DNA of 64,000 nt from Thermoanaerobaculia bacterium (GCA_963816185.1 CAWFJJ010000024.1:416001-480000); one strand, 5' to 3'. Positions 20,090 to 30,219 are shown, counted from the stretch's first letter. The notes: generated from the letters alone by a model not told the origin. Made by a program: numbers and translations.

Positions 20090-20199
20090 GGATCCTCCTG
20101 CCAGCTCGGAGTTTGGAGCCAAACGCATGGGTGTTCCCGCAATGAGACGCACGCCCCACACATCAGGTTGGCAAGCAACGGGCGTACCCGTCCGAATCC

Positions 20200-21492
20200 C
20201 TACGGGCTGGCCGGGAACAGCCCGGGCCAGATCGACGTGACGACGAGGACCAGCGTCAGGCCGATCATGACGAGGCAGGTTCCCCAGGCCACCCAGTTCC
20301 AGACGCGGCCGTTCACGTGCTCGCCCATGAGGTCCTCGCGGTTGATGAGAAGACACATGAAGACCAGGACGAACGGAAGGAGCAGACCGTTCAGCACCTG
20401 GGACAGGAAGAGGACCGGGAAGAGCGGGACACCGGGAATCAGGATGATGCCGGCGCCGATCACGATCATGCCTGTGTAAAGCGTGTTGAACTGGGGCGCC
20501 TCGCTCCAGGTCTTGTTCACGCCGGCCTCGAAGCCGAGCCCCTCGCAGATGGAGTAGGCCGTGGCGAGCGGCAGGATGGAGGCCGCGAAGAGCGAGGCGT
20601 TCGCGAGTCCGAAGGCGAACAGCGTGCCGGCCCATTTTCCGGCGAGCGGCTTCAAGGCGAGCGCCGCCTGCTCGGCGCCTTCGATGCGGATCCCCTTCGG
20701 GAAAAGCGTGGCCGCGCAAGCGACGATGATGAAGAACGCGACGACGTCCGTCAGGATGCACCCGACGATCACGTCCCAGCGCGACAGCTTGTACTCCTCC
20801 GGGCCGATTCGCTTCTCCACGATCGAGGACTGGAGGTAGAACTGCATCCACGGCGCGATCGTCGTGCCGACGATCCCGATGATCATCAGGATCCACGCGG
20901 CGCTCGACTCGATCCGGGGCGCGAACGTCTGCTTGAGGACGTCCTTCCAGACGGGTTTCGCGAAGAGGGCCGACAGGATGTACGTCAGGTAGACCGTGCA
21001 GGCGATCAGGAAGACTTTCTCGACCGATTTGTAGTTCCCTTTTACGACGATCCACCACACGACGAACGCGCCGATGGGGACCGATACCCAGCGCGGGATC
21101 CCGAAGATCTCCAGCGAAGCGGCCCAGCCCGCGAACTCGGCGACCGTGTTCCCGATGTCCGTCACGAGGAGGGCGACGAGCAGGTAGAACGTGGCTCTCA
21201 GGCCGTAGTTCTCGCGGATGAGCTCGCCGAGGCCCTTCCCCGTCACGGCCCCGAGGCGCGCGGACATCTCCTGGATCACGATGAGGGCGAGCGTGATGGG
21301 GACGAGCGTCCAGAGCAGCGAATAGCCGAAGTGTGCGCCCGCGATGGAGTACGTCGCGATGCCGCCCGCGTCGTTGTCCACGTTCGCCGTGATGATCCCC
21401 GGCCCGAGGACCGCGAGAAAAAGCATCGCCCGCCGCTTCCAATCGCGGACGTCGAAGCGCGAAGAGGCGGTATCGGCTGCCGGCGCGATCAC
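20200..21492 (-). CDS. NRAMP-family divalent metal transporter (NRMT-like, DNDAGG motif)
   Basis: GPGIITANVDNDAGG, QEMSARLGAVTGKG, GTTIAPW. Confidence 0.9.
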   Translation of the reverse strand: MIAPAADTASSRFDVRDWKRRAMLFLAVLGPGIITANVDNDAGGIATYSIAGAHFGYSLLWTLVPITLALIVIQEMSARLGAVTGKGLGELIRENYGLRATFYLLVALLVTDIGNTVAEFAGWAASLEIFGIPRWVSVPIGAFVVWWIVVKGNYKSVEKVFLIACTVYLTYILSALFAKPVWKDVLKQTFAPRIESSAAWILMIIGIVGTTIAPWMQFYLQSSIVEKRIGPEEYKLSRWDVIVGCILTDVVAFFIIVACAATLFPKGIRIEGAEQAALALKPLAGKWAGTLFAFGLANASLFAASILPLATAYSICEGLGFEAGVNKTWSEAPQFNTLYTGMIVIGAGIILIPGVPLFPVLFLSQVLNGLLLPFVLVFMCLLINREDLMGEHVNGRVWNWVAWGTCLVMIGLTLVLVVTSIWPGLFPASP

Positions 21493-22799
21493 CGCAGCCT
21501 CCGCCGGTGGCGGCGAGGCTGGGGCTGGAGCCGGTCGACGACGTCGTCGATCGTGATGATGCCGACGAGAACGCCTTCGGGATCGGTCACGGGGAGGGCG
21601 AGGAGGTCGTACTTGGACATCGTCTCGGCGACCTCGTCCGCCGAGACGTCCGGCGTGACGCTGCGCACGGGCGTCGCCATGGCGTTCTCGAGAAGCGTGT
21701 CGTCGTCGGCGGCGAGAATGTCGCGCACGGAGAGCGCGCCCAGGACTCGGTCCTTGTCGTCGACGACGTAGAAGTAGAAGAGAGCCTCGGCGTCGCGGGC
21801 CAGGGGCCTGAGGCGCTGAAGCGTCTCGCGCACGGTCAGATTCGGCGGGAACGTGACGAAGTCGGTTCCCATGAGGCCGCCCGCGGTGTTCTCGTCGTGG
21901 ACGAGCAGCTCGGTGACCTCTTCGGCCGCGCCCTTCTCCATGAGCTGGACGAGGTCGCGGGCGTGCTCGCCCTCGATCTCGCCCAGGACGTCGGCCGCCT
22001 CGTCCGCGGGCATCTGCTCGAGAATCTCCGAGGCGCGCCGTTCGGGCAGGTCCTCGATGATCTCCGCCTGGATCTCGGGCTCGAGCTCGTGGAGCGTTTC
22101 GGCAGCCGTCTCGACGTTCAGCCTCTGGAACATGCCGGATCGCTCGGTGCCCGAAACCTGACTCAGGATGTCGGCGATGTCGGCCGGATGGAGCCGCTGG
22201 AGCTTCTCCTGGGGGAGCGTGGTCTCGAGACGCTCGAGGCGTCCGTGGAGCGGCTGCATCGAATCCCAGGGAATGAGCCGCGCCGGAAGGGATGCGTCGG
22301 AAAGCCTTCCTCCTCGTGGCGTGACACCCGCGCCGAAGACCCGTCTCACGAGGCCGCGCACGCCCACGTCGGCGGCGGTGAGCACGAGGTCGCCCGACAG
22401 CACGTCGAGCTTGAGGTCGTTCACGCGCACGACCTTCACGCCGTTGATGTCCACGATCTGCTTGTCGAGGAGATGGCGCGCGAGAAAGATCTCGTCCTCC
22501 CGCGCAGGACGGTGCAGGAGATCCTCCCTCACGAGCCGGGTGCGCACGGCGCCACGCTGGAAGATGGCGACGTCCTCCCAGGGCAGGACGAACGTCTCGA
22601 AGCGGTCGCGGATCAGAAGGCCCGTCACGCGGGGAAACGGGGCGCCCGTGCTCGTGGCGACGGCGAAATCCGAGATCCTTCCGACGGGGCGCCGCGCCAC
22701 GTCGCGCACCGTCTCGCCGAGAAACTCCGAGACGAAGAAGCCCTCGTGCGCCGGGACCGCGCTCGTGCGCGCGGGCGAAGGCGGCGCGTGCGTCGTCAT
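21489..22799 (-). CDS. MgtE cytosolic-domain protein (PRC-like + MgtE_N + CBS pair, no TM domain)
   Basis: LLDKQIVDING.KVVRVND, LHPADIADIL, TAGGLM, KYDLLALPV, GIITIDDVVD; ends without membrane helices. Confidence 0.88.
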   Translation of the reverse strand: MTTHAPPSPARTSAVPAHEGFFVSEFLGETVRDVARRPVGRISDFAVATSTGAPFPRVTGLLIRDRFETFVLPWEDVAIFQRGAVRTRLVREDLLHRPAREDEIFLARHLLDKQIVDINGVKVVRVNDLKLDVLSGDLVLTAADVGVRGLVRRVFGAGVTPRGGRLSDASLPARLIPWDSMQPLHGRLERLETTLPQEKLQRLHPADIADILSQVSGTERSGMFQRLNVETAAETLHELEPEIQAEIIEDLPERRASEILEQMPADEAADVLGEIEGEHARDLVQLMEKGAAEEVTELLVHDENTAGGLMGTDFVTFPPNLTVRETLQRLRPLARDAEALFYFYVVDDKDRVLGALSVRDILAADDDTLLENAMATPVRSVTPDVSADEVAETMSKYDLLALPVTDPEGVLVGIITIDDVVDRLQPQPRRHRRRLR

Positions 22800-22897
22800 G
22801 GAGGCATTGTCAGGAGGAGGCGAGGCCCCGTCAACGCCTGTTCAGGTAATCTGCGCCGCATGGCTCCCAGATTGGCTCTCGCGGGCGAGCCCCCGGG

Positions 22898-23377
22898 GTG
22901 ACGGGGTACGCCGTGCGCACGATCCGCGTCGGCAAGGGCGTTCAGGGTGCGCTGCTGGCCTCGTATTCGTGCCTGCTGCTCACCGTGACGCTCCTCGTGC
23001 AGGGAGGCGGAGCCGTGAGGACGAATTTCGCGCCGTTCGACGACATCCAGCGCCTCATCCTCCGCGCGGGACGCGGCCGCTACCTCTCGAACGCGTTCTT
23101 CTACGCGATCGTCGGAATCGTCGGAAACCTCTCGATGTTCGCGGTGTGGGCGTTCCTGTTGTGGAAGTTCCTCGACGGACACGGCCGCTCCGCCGCCCGG
23201 AACCACGGGGACGTTCTCCTCGCGGGGACGTTGTTCAGCGTGGGCATCGAGACGGTCCAGCTTTTTCTGCCGACCCGCGCCACCGACGTGAACGACATCT
23301 TCTGGAACGTCCTCGGGACGATCGCCGGCTGCGCCGCCGCGCACCTCCACCGTAACCTCCGGCTCGACTGGCAGTAG
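22898..23377 (+). CDS. VanZ family protein (true start possibly ATG 22860 across a homopolymer indel)
   Basis: NFAPF, GNLSMF, SVGIETVQLF..R.TDVNDIFWNVLG. Confidence 0.8.
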   Translation: MTGYAVRTIRVGKGVQGALLASYSCLLLTVTLLVQGGGAVRTNFAPFDDIQRLILRAGRGRYLSNAFFYAIVGIVGNLSMFAVWAFLLWKFLDGHGRSAARNHGDVLLAGTLFSVGIETVQLFLPTRATDVNDIFWNVLGTIAGCAAAHLHRNLRLDWQ

Positions 23378-23392
23378 ACTTCTCCCCGGCGC

Positions 23393-23479
23393 GCCGGAGT
23401 GGCGGAATGGCAGACGCAGGGGACTCAAAATCCCCCGGTCCACAAGGCCGTGAGGGTTCGACTCCCTCCTCCGGCACCA
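23393..23479 (+). tRNA. tRNA-Leu (anticodon CAA)
   Basis: Acceptor GCCGGAG/CTCCGGC, anticodon arm GGGGA-CTCAAAA-TCCCC, long variable arm, GGTTCGA T-loop, encoded CCA. Confidence 0.96.
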
Positions 23480-23515
23480 GTCATTGAATCGGATCGTTCC
23501 GACGGGAGCCGAGCC

Positions 23516-25042
23516 CTAGCCCTTCCCGCCCTTCCCGGCCGCGGCCTTCGCCTTGACTCGAATGAAGGCGTAGTTGACCTGGGGGAGCGAGTTGAAGTTC
23601 GCGGCCTTGTCGCAAGACTCCTTTGCTTTTTCCGCGTCGCCCTTTCCCTTGTAGGCCTCGTAAAGGCGATAGAGGTCCTGGGGATTCTGCTGGTTCGCCT
23701 GCAGGAGCTCGGTGATCGCCCGGTCGTAGTCCTTCTCCTGGAGGGCGATGATTCCATCGAGCTCGTGGGCATTTTTCACCTGGGCCGGGTTCTTCTTGGC
23801 TTCGGCGCCCGCCCGGAACGTATCCGCCTCGCTCTTTGCCGCCTTGAAGTCCCTCTTCGCCGCCGCGATGCGAGCGAGGTTGTAATGGCTGACGAGCGCG
23901 GCATTGGCCTTGATCTCCGGCGAGAGGCTCGAGCCCTCGACGAGCTTCAGGCCGCGCTCGTACTCGCTTCGGGCTTGATCGGGTTTCCCCATCTCGAGGA
24001 GGATGTTCCCCTTTAACCCGTCGTCGAAAGACATCGCCGGGACGTCGTGAGTCTTTTCTCCCAGGACGTACTGTTTATCCACGTCCTCGAGCGCCTTGGC
24101 CGTCTTTCCGCCGTCGATGTGAACGACCGTGAGGGCGAAGAGGGCCGTCCGCCGCTCGCCGTCCGTCCTGGCCTTCTTCGTGATGTTCGCGAGCTCCGCC
24201 TCGGCCTCGGCCGCCTTGCCGGAATACAGGAGGTCCATGGCGATCCCCTGGTGGGCGTTCACGAAGTTGGAGTCGATCGCCAACGCCTTGCGGTACTGGG
24301 CGATGGAATCGTCGAATCGGCCCATCTTCAGGAGCAGCTCGGCATAGGAGTCGTAGGGGTTGGGATCCTTGGGGATCAGCTCAATGTACTTTTGGAATGC
24401 CTTCTCGGCGTTCGCGAAGTCGCTGGTCTGCCGGTAGGAGTAGCCGAGCAGGTTGTAGGCCGTCGAGTAGCTCGGCTCGAGCTCCGTCGCCTTCCTGTAC
24501 TGCTCGATGGCCTGAGGGTATTGCTGCTGGCCGAAGTAGAAGCCGCCCAGGTTGAAGTGGGCCCGCTCGTCGTTCGGATACGCGGCAACGAGCGCGTCCA
24601 GGTATTCCTTCTGCTTCGCCGGATCGGCGTTCGCGCCCGCCTCGGCGGCCAGGATCAGGAGCCTCTCTCCATTCGAAGCCTTGTCGGCCAGGCTGACGGC
24701 TTTGTGGAGGTGCTCGAAGAACTCCTTGCCGGTCGGCGCCGAGTTGGCGAGGGAGAGCTCGGCCCAGGCGAACCCCGGATCGAGCGAGACCGCCTTCTGG
24801 AAGTGCGCCATCGAGTCAGTGATCAGGAGCTTCTCGAAATCGTCGCGGCCTTTCAGGAACTCGGCTTTGGCTTCGGCCGACGAGGTCGTCACCGGGATCT
24901 TTCCGCCGCCTGCCGGCGTCGCCTCGGGAGCTCGGGTGGTCTGAGCGGGAGCCGGGGTCTCCCTCTTCGCGCAGCCGGCCTGAGACCATGCGGCGATAAG
25001 TCCAAGAACGAGCAAGGGCTCGAGAAATCGGTTCCGGCGCAT
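23516..25042 (-). CDS. TPR-repeat lipoprotein
   Basis: Lipobox SQAGC, many TPRs (AHFNLGGFY, AYNLLGYSY, PNPYDSYAELL). Confidence 0.85.
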   Translation of the reverse strand: MRRNRFLEPLLVLGLIAAWSQAGCAKRETPAPAQTTRAPEATPAGGGKIPVTTSSAEAKAEFLKGRDDFEKLLITDSMAHFQKAVSLDPGFAWAELSLANSAPTGKEFFEHLHKAVSLADKASNGERLLILAAEAGANADPAKQKEYLDALVAAYPNDERAHFNLGGFYFGQQQYPQAIEQYRKATELEPSYSTAYNLLGYSYRQTSDFANAEKAFQKYIELIPKDPNPYDSYAELLLKMGRFDDSIAQYRKALAIDSNFVNAHQGIAMDLLYSGKAAEAEAELANITKKARTDGERRTALFALTVVHIDGGKTAKALEDVDKQYVLGEKTHDVPAMSFDDGLKGNILLEMGKPDQARSEYERGLKLVEGSSLSPEIKANAALVSHYNLARIAAAKRDFKAAKSEADTFRAGAEAKKNPAQVKNAHELDGIIALQEKDYDRAITELLQANQQNPQDLYRLYEAYKGKGDAEKAKESCDKAANFNSLPQVNYAFIRVKAKAAAGKGGKG

Positions 25043-25206
25043 GGGTCCTCCTTGCGAGTTGGGCCGCGGAAGGCGGATCGACCGTTCTACGGAGGCGACG
25101 GAGGAAGGTTGCGAGGAGATCCCTTACGGCCAGGCCACGAGGACGGAGCTTCACGCCTAAGCTCTGAATGGCCCGCATCTTGCGGCACGAGCCGCGGGAG
25201 GTTCCC

Positions 25207-25542
25207 ATGGAAGGAATTCTCAAATCTTCCACTGTCCAGGACGCCCGGAGGGCCGCGAAGGAAGCGCAAAAGATCGGCAGTGACTTCAGAAGCGACTTCG
25301 ATCGCGCGGTCGATCGGAGCAAGGACGTCGCGAAGGAGCTCGGCGAGAAGGTCCGCGGCGCGGCCGAGGACGCGGCGTCGTCGGGGCGGGACATCGCGCG
25401 TGATTACATGAAGCGCGGGAGGCGACGCCTGTCCCACGCGACCGAGCGCGTCAGCGCGTACGCCGACGCCAACACGGCCGTCGTGGCAATCGGAGCCTTT
25501 GCCGCCGGCATCCTCGTCGGGCATTTCGCGAGGCGGCGCTAA
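25207..25542 (+). CDS. Small membrane-anchored protein, DUF883/YqjD-like
   Basis: GGAGG Shine-Dalgarno, helical charged body, C-terminal AVVAIGAFAAGILVGHFARRR tail anchor. Confidence 0.7.
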   Translation: MEGILKSSTVQDARRAAKEAQKIGSDFRSDFDRAVDRSKDVAKELGEKVRGAAEDAASSGRDIARDYMKRGRRRLSHATERVSAYADANTAVVAIGAFAAGILVGHFARRR

Positions 25543-25592
25543 GGGGTAGCTGTGGGTCTTTTCTTCAATGGCGTGCAACTTGCGACGCCGAG

Positions 25593-26006
25593 GTGGTGCA
25601 GGTTTTGCGGAACCGGCCATCACGACCCGACATCCTCGTCATCGATGACGACGCCGCGCTGCGCGAGGGCCTCATCGGGTTCTTCCGGATCGAGGGTCGG
25701 AGCGCCGTCGGCGCATCGAACGGGGCCGAGGCGCTTTTCTTGCTGGGCAAGGATGTCCGGCCGGGAGTGATCCTGCTCGACCTCAACATGCCCCTGATGA
25801 ACGGCTGGGATTTCGTGACGGCGCTGGGGCGGATTCCCGAGCTTCCCAGAATTCCAATCGCCATCATGTCCGGCGTGACGTCGGAGCGCGAGATCCCTTC
25901 CTGCGAGACCGACGCCGGCTTCTTCAAGAAGCCCGTCAACTTCGATGCGCTTCTCGCGGCCGTGAACCTGCACCTGCCTCCCCGAGACCCTACTCGCCGC
26001 CGGTGA
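25593..26006 (+). CDS. Single-domain response regulator (CheY-like)
   Basis: ILVIDDD, ILLDLNMPLMNG, FFKKP. Confidence 0.88.
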   Translation: MVQVLRNRPSRPDILVIDDDAALREGLIGFFRIEGRSAVGASNGAEALFLLGKDVRPGVILLDLNMPLMNGWDFVTALGRIPELPRIPIAIMSGVTSEREIPSCETDAGFFKKPVNFDALLAAVNLHLPPRDPTRRR

Positions 26007-26054
26007 GGCGCCGGCCGCCCCACGCGCGTCAAACTGGTGCGCGACGACGAAGAA

Positions 26055-27197
26055 TTACGACGAACCTGTCGAAGACGGCGCGGAGCTGACGGCGGCACGC
26101 GGCAGCCTCACCGAGAAGGTCGCGCCTCCGCGAGGAGCGGAATGCACCGTGATCTCGCCGTGATGCGCGTGCACGATTTGCTGTGCGATGTAGAGGCCGA
26201 GCCCGACCCCTTTGACCCCTCGCTGCTGCTCGGCCGGTCCGCGGCGGAACGGGTCGAAGATCACGTCCCGGAGAGGCGCCGGGATTTCCTGGCCCTGGTT
26301 CGTCACGTCGACGACGACCACATCTCCGTCGCCGGAGCGGCCGGCGATCGTGACGGGCGCGTCCGGGTCGCCGTACTTGAAGGCATTGGAGACCAGGTTG
26401 GAAAGGACCTCGGCGAGCCGGTCGCCGTCCCAGGTGCCCTTCAGGTCCCCTTCCATCGACACATGGATTCGCCCGGGATTCAGGGCCTCCTGCTCCTCGG
26501 CGACGATCCGGCAGATCTCGGCGAGATCCGCCCTTTCCGGATGAATCGAAATTCCGCCCCCCAGCCGGCTCATCGTGAAATCGAGAAGCTGTTCGATCAT
26601 CCGCGACATGCGGTCCGTGCTGTTCGAGATCCGCGCGAGCACCTTCTGATCTGACTCGGACGCGCGAGCCTTGAGAGTGTGAACCGACACCTTGATCGTG
26701 CTGAGCGGAACTCTGAGATCGTGGCCCAGCACGCCGAGGAACAGCTCCCGAGTCTTCTCCTTCTCGTTCCGGACTGCTTGCTCGGCCGTGATGTCGCGGA
26801 CGATCTTGGCGGCGCCGACGATCCGTCCTTCATTGTCTCGCACCGGGGAGACCGTCAGAGACACGTCCAGGATCCGTCCGTCGCGGGCACGACGCCTCGT
26901 TTCGAAGTGCTCGACATGCTCTCCGCTCACGACGCGCTTCAGGATCCGCCGCCAGTCGTCGGCGCGGTCGGGCGGCATCAGGAGCTCGATGGAGCGCCCG
27001 ATGACCTCGTCCCGGCAATAGCCGAAGAGCCGCTCGGCCGAGTGATTCCATTCGACGATGCGGCCCTCGAGGTCCATCGCGATGATCGCGTCTCCGCTCG
27101 ACTCCACGATTGAGGCGAGCCGGCGGATTCTGCTGTCGCCCTCGGGTGCTTCGCCGGCGGCGCGCTCGGGAGGACTCGGAGGATCGGCTTCTGCCAT
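26055..27197 (-). CDS. PAS-domain sensor histidine kinase
   Basis: PAS (SSGDAII, WNHSAERLFGY), H-box LGHDLRVPL, NLVSNAFKY, GVGLGLYI. Confidence 0.92.
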   Translation of the reverse strand: MAEADPPSPPERAAGEAPEGDSRIRRLASIVESSGDAIIAMDLEGRIVEWNHSAERLFGYCRDEVIGRSIELLMPPDRADDWRRILKRVVSGEHVEHFETRRRARDGRILDVSLTVSPVRDNEGRIVGAAKIVRDITAEQAVRNEKEKTRELFLGVLGHDLRVPLSTIKVSVHTLKARASESDQKVLARISNSTDRMSRMIEQLLDFTMSRLGGGISIHPERADLAEICRIVAEEQEALNPGRIHVSMEGDLKGTWDGDRLAEVLSNLVSNAFKYGDPDAPVTIAGRSGDGDVVVVDVTNQGQEIPAPLRDVIFDPFRRGPAEQQRGVKGVGLGLYIAQQIVHAHHGEITVHSAPRGGATFSVRLPRAAVSSAPSSTGSS

Positions 27198-27488
27198 ATC
27201 TGTTTCCGACTCGCTCACTTCGCCCGTAACGATTCGAATCGTCTTCGGCAGTCGCTGCGCTTCGGGAGGCCGAAGAGCCCGGAGTTCCGCTTTGCGTGCG
27301 GGAGCATACGCTTCAGGGCGCCGTCTCACCGCGACCTCGCCGAGGAAACGATGACGTTGGCGGCGCCGGGCACCGGAGTTGCTCCGTGATACATCAGAGG
27401 GGGATCCCTGATGAAGAATCTTCAACGTCTTGCGGCAATCGTGACCCTTTAGGAGGGGATTGCGGCGTATTACGGCGTCGTCTCAGGC

Positions 27489-28607
27489 ATGAAGCCCTCC
27501 GCGAGGCACCAGGACATGCACCTCCCATGGGCCACGCTCGTGAAGGTGTTCGCCGCCGTCCTCGCCGGCTGGGCGCTCGTTCGCCTCTGGCCTTCCTTCC
27601 AGCTTTTCCTGATCGCGGTTCTCCTCGCCGTCGCGCTCAGTCCGATCGTCGACGGCCTCGAGACGCGTGGAATGTCGCGTGGACGAGCCGTGTCCATCCT
27701 GGCGCTCGCCATCGTCCTGTTCGTCTCGGCGTTCTCCTTCTTCGTCGTTCCGTCTCTGACGGAGCAGGTATCCGACCTCTGGAAGAGCCTGCCGCACTTC
27801 AAGAACGCGCTCGCGAAACAGCTGGAAGGGAGGAACCTGACCTCGCGCATCCTCTTACCGCTTCTGGATCTCCCGCGCTCCCCGGAATTCGATGCAACGC
27901 TGGCGAAGCCTCTGACGTGGGGCCCTAAGGCTCTCGAGGTGGTCGCGGGACTGCTGATCGTGGCGGTCCTCGGCCTCTATCTCCTCTTCGACGGCAAAAA
28001 GGTCGTTGCCTGGCTCCTCGCCTACGTGCCACGCGCACACCGTCGCCGCATGGGAGACATGATCCCCGAAGTCTTCGAGGTCGTGCAGGCGTTCACGACG
28101 GGTCAGATGCTCATTTCGACGCTCTTTTCGATCTTCACCTTCGTCGTCCTGACGACACTCAACGTCCCCGCCACCCTTCCGCTGGCGCTCTTCGCCGGCC
28201 TTTGCGACGTGATTCCGGTCGCGGGGATCTCCGTGGCGACGGCCGCGGCGACGCTCTGCGCCCTGACGGTGAGCCCTTCGACCGCGCTGATCGTCCTCGG
28301 CCTCTACGTGTGCTACCACCTCTTCGAGGCGTACATCCTCGTTCCGCGCCTCTACGGAAACCGCCTGCGGCTCTCGACGCTGACCGTGCTCCTTGCGATC
28401 CTCGCGGGCGGAACCCTCGGCGGGGTGATCGGAGCGGTTCTCGCGCTGCCGATCGTCGCGGCCTATCCCGTATTCGAGAAGCACTGGCTCGACGACTATC
28501 TGCACCCCGACGCCGTGGAAGACCACCGGGCCCTCCGCGACACCAGCGGCAAGGAGAGCGAAGCCGTTGTGGACGCGGTCTTGCAGGGGGCGGCGCCGCG
28601 CAAATGA
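27489..28607 (+). CDS. AI-2E family transporter
   Basis: LAVALSPIVD, YILVPRLYG, GGVIGAVLALPIVA. Confidence 0.88.
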   Translation: MKPSARHQDMHLPWATLVKVFAAVLAGWALVRLWPSFQLFLIAVLLAVALSPIVDGLETRGMSRGRAVSILALAIVLFVSAFSFFVVPSLTEQVSDLWKSLPHFKNALAKQLEGRNLTSRILLPLLDLPRSPEFDATLAKPLTWGPKALEVVAGLLIVAVLGLYLLFDGKKVVAWLLAYVPRAHRRRMGDMIPEVFEVVQAFTTGQMLISTLFSIFTFVVLTTLNVPATLPLALFAGLCDVIPVAGISVATAAATLCALTVSPSTALIVLGLYVCYHLFEAYILVPRLYGNRLRLSTLTVLLAILAGGTLGGVIGAVLALPIVAAYPVFEKHWLDDYLHPDAVEDHRALRDTSGKESEAVVDAVLQGAAPRK

Positions 28608-28648
28608 GGCGAACGTCGCGGCTGCGCCCGTTCCGTCGTCACACTCCA

Positions 28649-28677
28649 TTGACGGGTGAAGAGTGGGGGAGTAGTCT
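28649..28677 (+). promoter_or_regulatory. Sigma70-type promoter of carD
   Basis: TTGACG-17 nt-TAGTCT upstream of the AAGGAGG Shine-Dalgarno. Confidence 0.65.
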
Positions 28678-28705
28678 CCTATTTCCGTTCCCGAAGGAGG
28701 CGTCC

Positions 28706-29242
28706 GTGGCTTTCAAGATCGGAGACAGGCTTGTCTACCCGAATCACGGCGTCGGGGTCGTGGAGACGATCCAGGAGTCCCTTCTCGAAGGTTCCCCCGC
28801 ACCCTGCTATCAGCTTCGCCTCATCGGGAACAACTCGCGCGTGATGGTCCCGGTCGGGAACTCGGACCGCATCGGCCTCCGCCCGCTCACGCGGCGCAAG
28901 GACGTCGGCTCGGTGTTCCGCGTCCTCGAGAATGCGACGCCGCCGCCGAGCGGCGACTGGAAGGGTCGGTACAAGCAGAACCTCGACAAGATGCGCTCCG
29001 GCCGCCTCACGGACATTGCGGACGTCCTCAAGAACCTGACGTGGGTGCAGAAACAGAAGGCGCTCTCTTTCCGCGAGAAGAAGATGTACGAGCGCGCCCG
29101 CTATCTGATCGTCTCTGAGATCGCGCAGATCAACGGGCTGCCGGAGCTCGAGGTTGCGACCGAGGTCGAGAAAGCCCTCGACCGGGCGATTCTCAAGCGG
29201 CGTCCCGTCATGGCCGCGTCCGGAAACAACCGCGACCACTGA
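28706..29242 (+). CDS. carD: CarD/CdnL family transcriptional regulator
   Basis: FKIGDRLVYPNHGVG, VMVPV, IGLRPL, WKGRY, LSFREKKM. Confidence 0.93.
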   Translation: MAFKIGDRLVYPNHGVGVVETIQESLLEGSPAPCYQLRLIGNNSRVMVPVGNSDRIGLRPLTRRKDVGSVFRVLENATPPPSGDWKGRYKQNLDKMRSGRLTDIADVLKNLTWVQKQKALSFREKKMYERARYLIVSEIAQINGLPELEVATEVEKALDRAILKRRPVMAASGNNRDH

Positions 29243-29280
29243 CCCGCACGCAGATCTCCGACGGTTCTGGGAGGAGCGCC

Positions 29281-29377
29281 GAGAGATTTCTTAGAAGGGG
29301 AGAGAACACCGGCCGCCGCCGCGGCGCGCCGCGCGAGGCATGCAAAGGCCGTCCACGCGCCTTCTCAGAAGATCTTC
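29281..29377. repeat. Facing pair of dispersed-motif copies in the carD downstream spacer
   Basis: GAGAGATTTCTTAGAAGGGGAGAG (29281-) and the variant CTTCTCAGAAGATCTTC (29361-) in opposite orientation. Confidence 0.75.
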
Positions 29378-29436
29378 TTCCTAGGCGAGATTGACCGCCG
29401 CGATGGGGCGGCGGCAACTTCCGTATAGTGGCGAGG

Positions 29437-30219
29437 ATGAATTCGCGCCCGATGCTCGCCGGACCCGCGGTCGGGCTTCTCCTGACGCTCGTGCTCCCGG
29501 CCGGCGCCGCGACGGTCCCGACTCGGACGGGTGACGTCGTGCTCGACGTCCTCCTGGTCTCGGTCGACATGGAGAAGCGACGCGTGACGGAGGATCTCGA
29601 GGAGTTCGACCGGATCTCTGGGCAGGCGTCGCGTGCGGAGGCCGACCTCACCGCGGCCCTGAATCAAATCGCCCATCTCGCGCGCGAGGGGACGTTGGAT
29701 CGCAGCGCTCTGGAGCTGGCCGAGCAGGCCGCGGCCGACGCGCGCGCGCGCGTGGAAGCTGGCCAGGACAGACGCCGAGCCTTGTCCGAGCGGCTCGCCG
29801 AGCACGTGCGTCGTCTCGCCGCGTTCCGGGAGGAGATCGCGCGCCGTCGCGAGACCTTGAGAAGCGTTCTTTCCGACCCCCTGACGGGGCGTTGGGAGGT
29901 CTTCATCAACCCGGGAGCGCAGCACGGCTTTTACCGCCTTTCTCTCGACGGCACGATCCTCTCGGGGGACTATGTTCTCGACGGCGGGTTTCATGGGTCT
30001 CTGAGGGGCACGTTCGTGGGCGACCGCGTCACGTTCGAGAGGATCGATTCCGAACGCGGACTCGATGCCAAGTTCTATGGCCGCTTGACGATCGGCGCCG
30101 CGCGCCGCATCGCAGGCACCTGGGACGGGACGCAGATCGCGCCGCCCCCGGCCTCGGGTCCGGTGGCGGGCACGTGGTCGGCCAAACCGGTGCGTGATGA
30201 GGAGAGTGAATCGAGATGA
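29437..30219 (+). CDS. Hypothetical secreted protein (coiled coil + beta-rich C-terminal domain)
   Basis: Signal-peptide-like N-terminus, heptad region, host-like codon usage, overlaps the next start. Confidence 0.7.
   Translation: MNSRPMLAGPAVGLLLTLVLPAGAATVPTRTGDVVLDVLLVSVDMEKRRVTEDLEEFDRISGQASRAEADLTAALNQIAHLAREGTLDRSALELAEQAAADARARVEAGQDRRRALSERLAEHVRRLAAFREEIARRRETLRSVLSDPLTGRWEVFINPGAQHGFYRLSLDGTILSGDYVLDGGFHGSLRGTFVGDRVTFERIDSERGLDAKFYGRLTIGAARRIAGTWDGTQIAPPPASGPVAGTWSAKPVRDEESESR

Noticed and set aside
22860-22901. 13-codon uORF before vanZ
   Set aside because: More simply the real vanZ N-terminus separated by a homopolymer indel at CCCCCGGGG.
23480-28607. Possible genomic island integrated at tRNA-Leu
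   Set aside because: Accessory-looking genes follow the tRNA, but I found no integrase, no duplicated tRNA 3' end and no clear compositional break.
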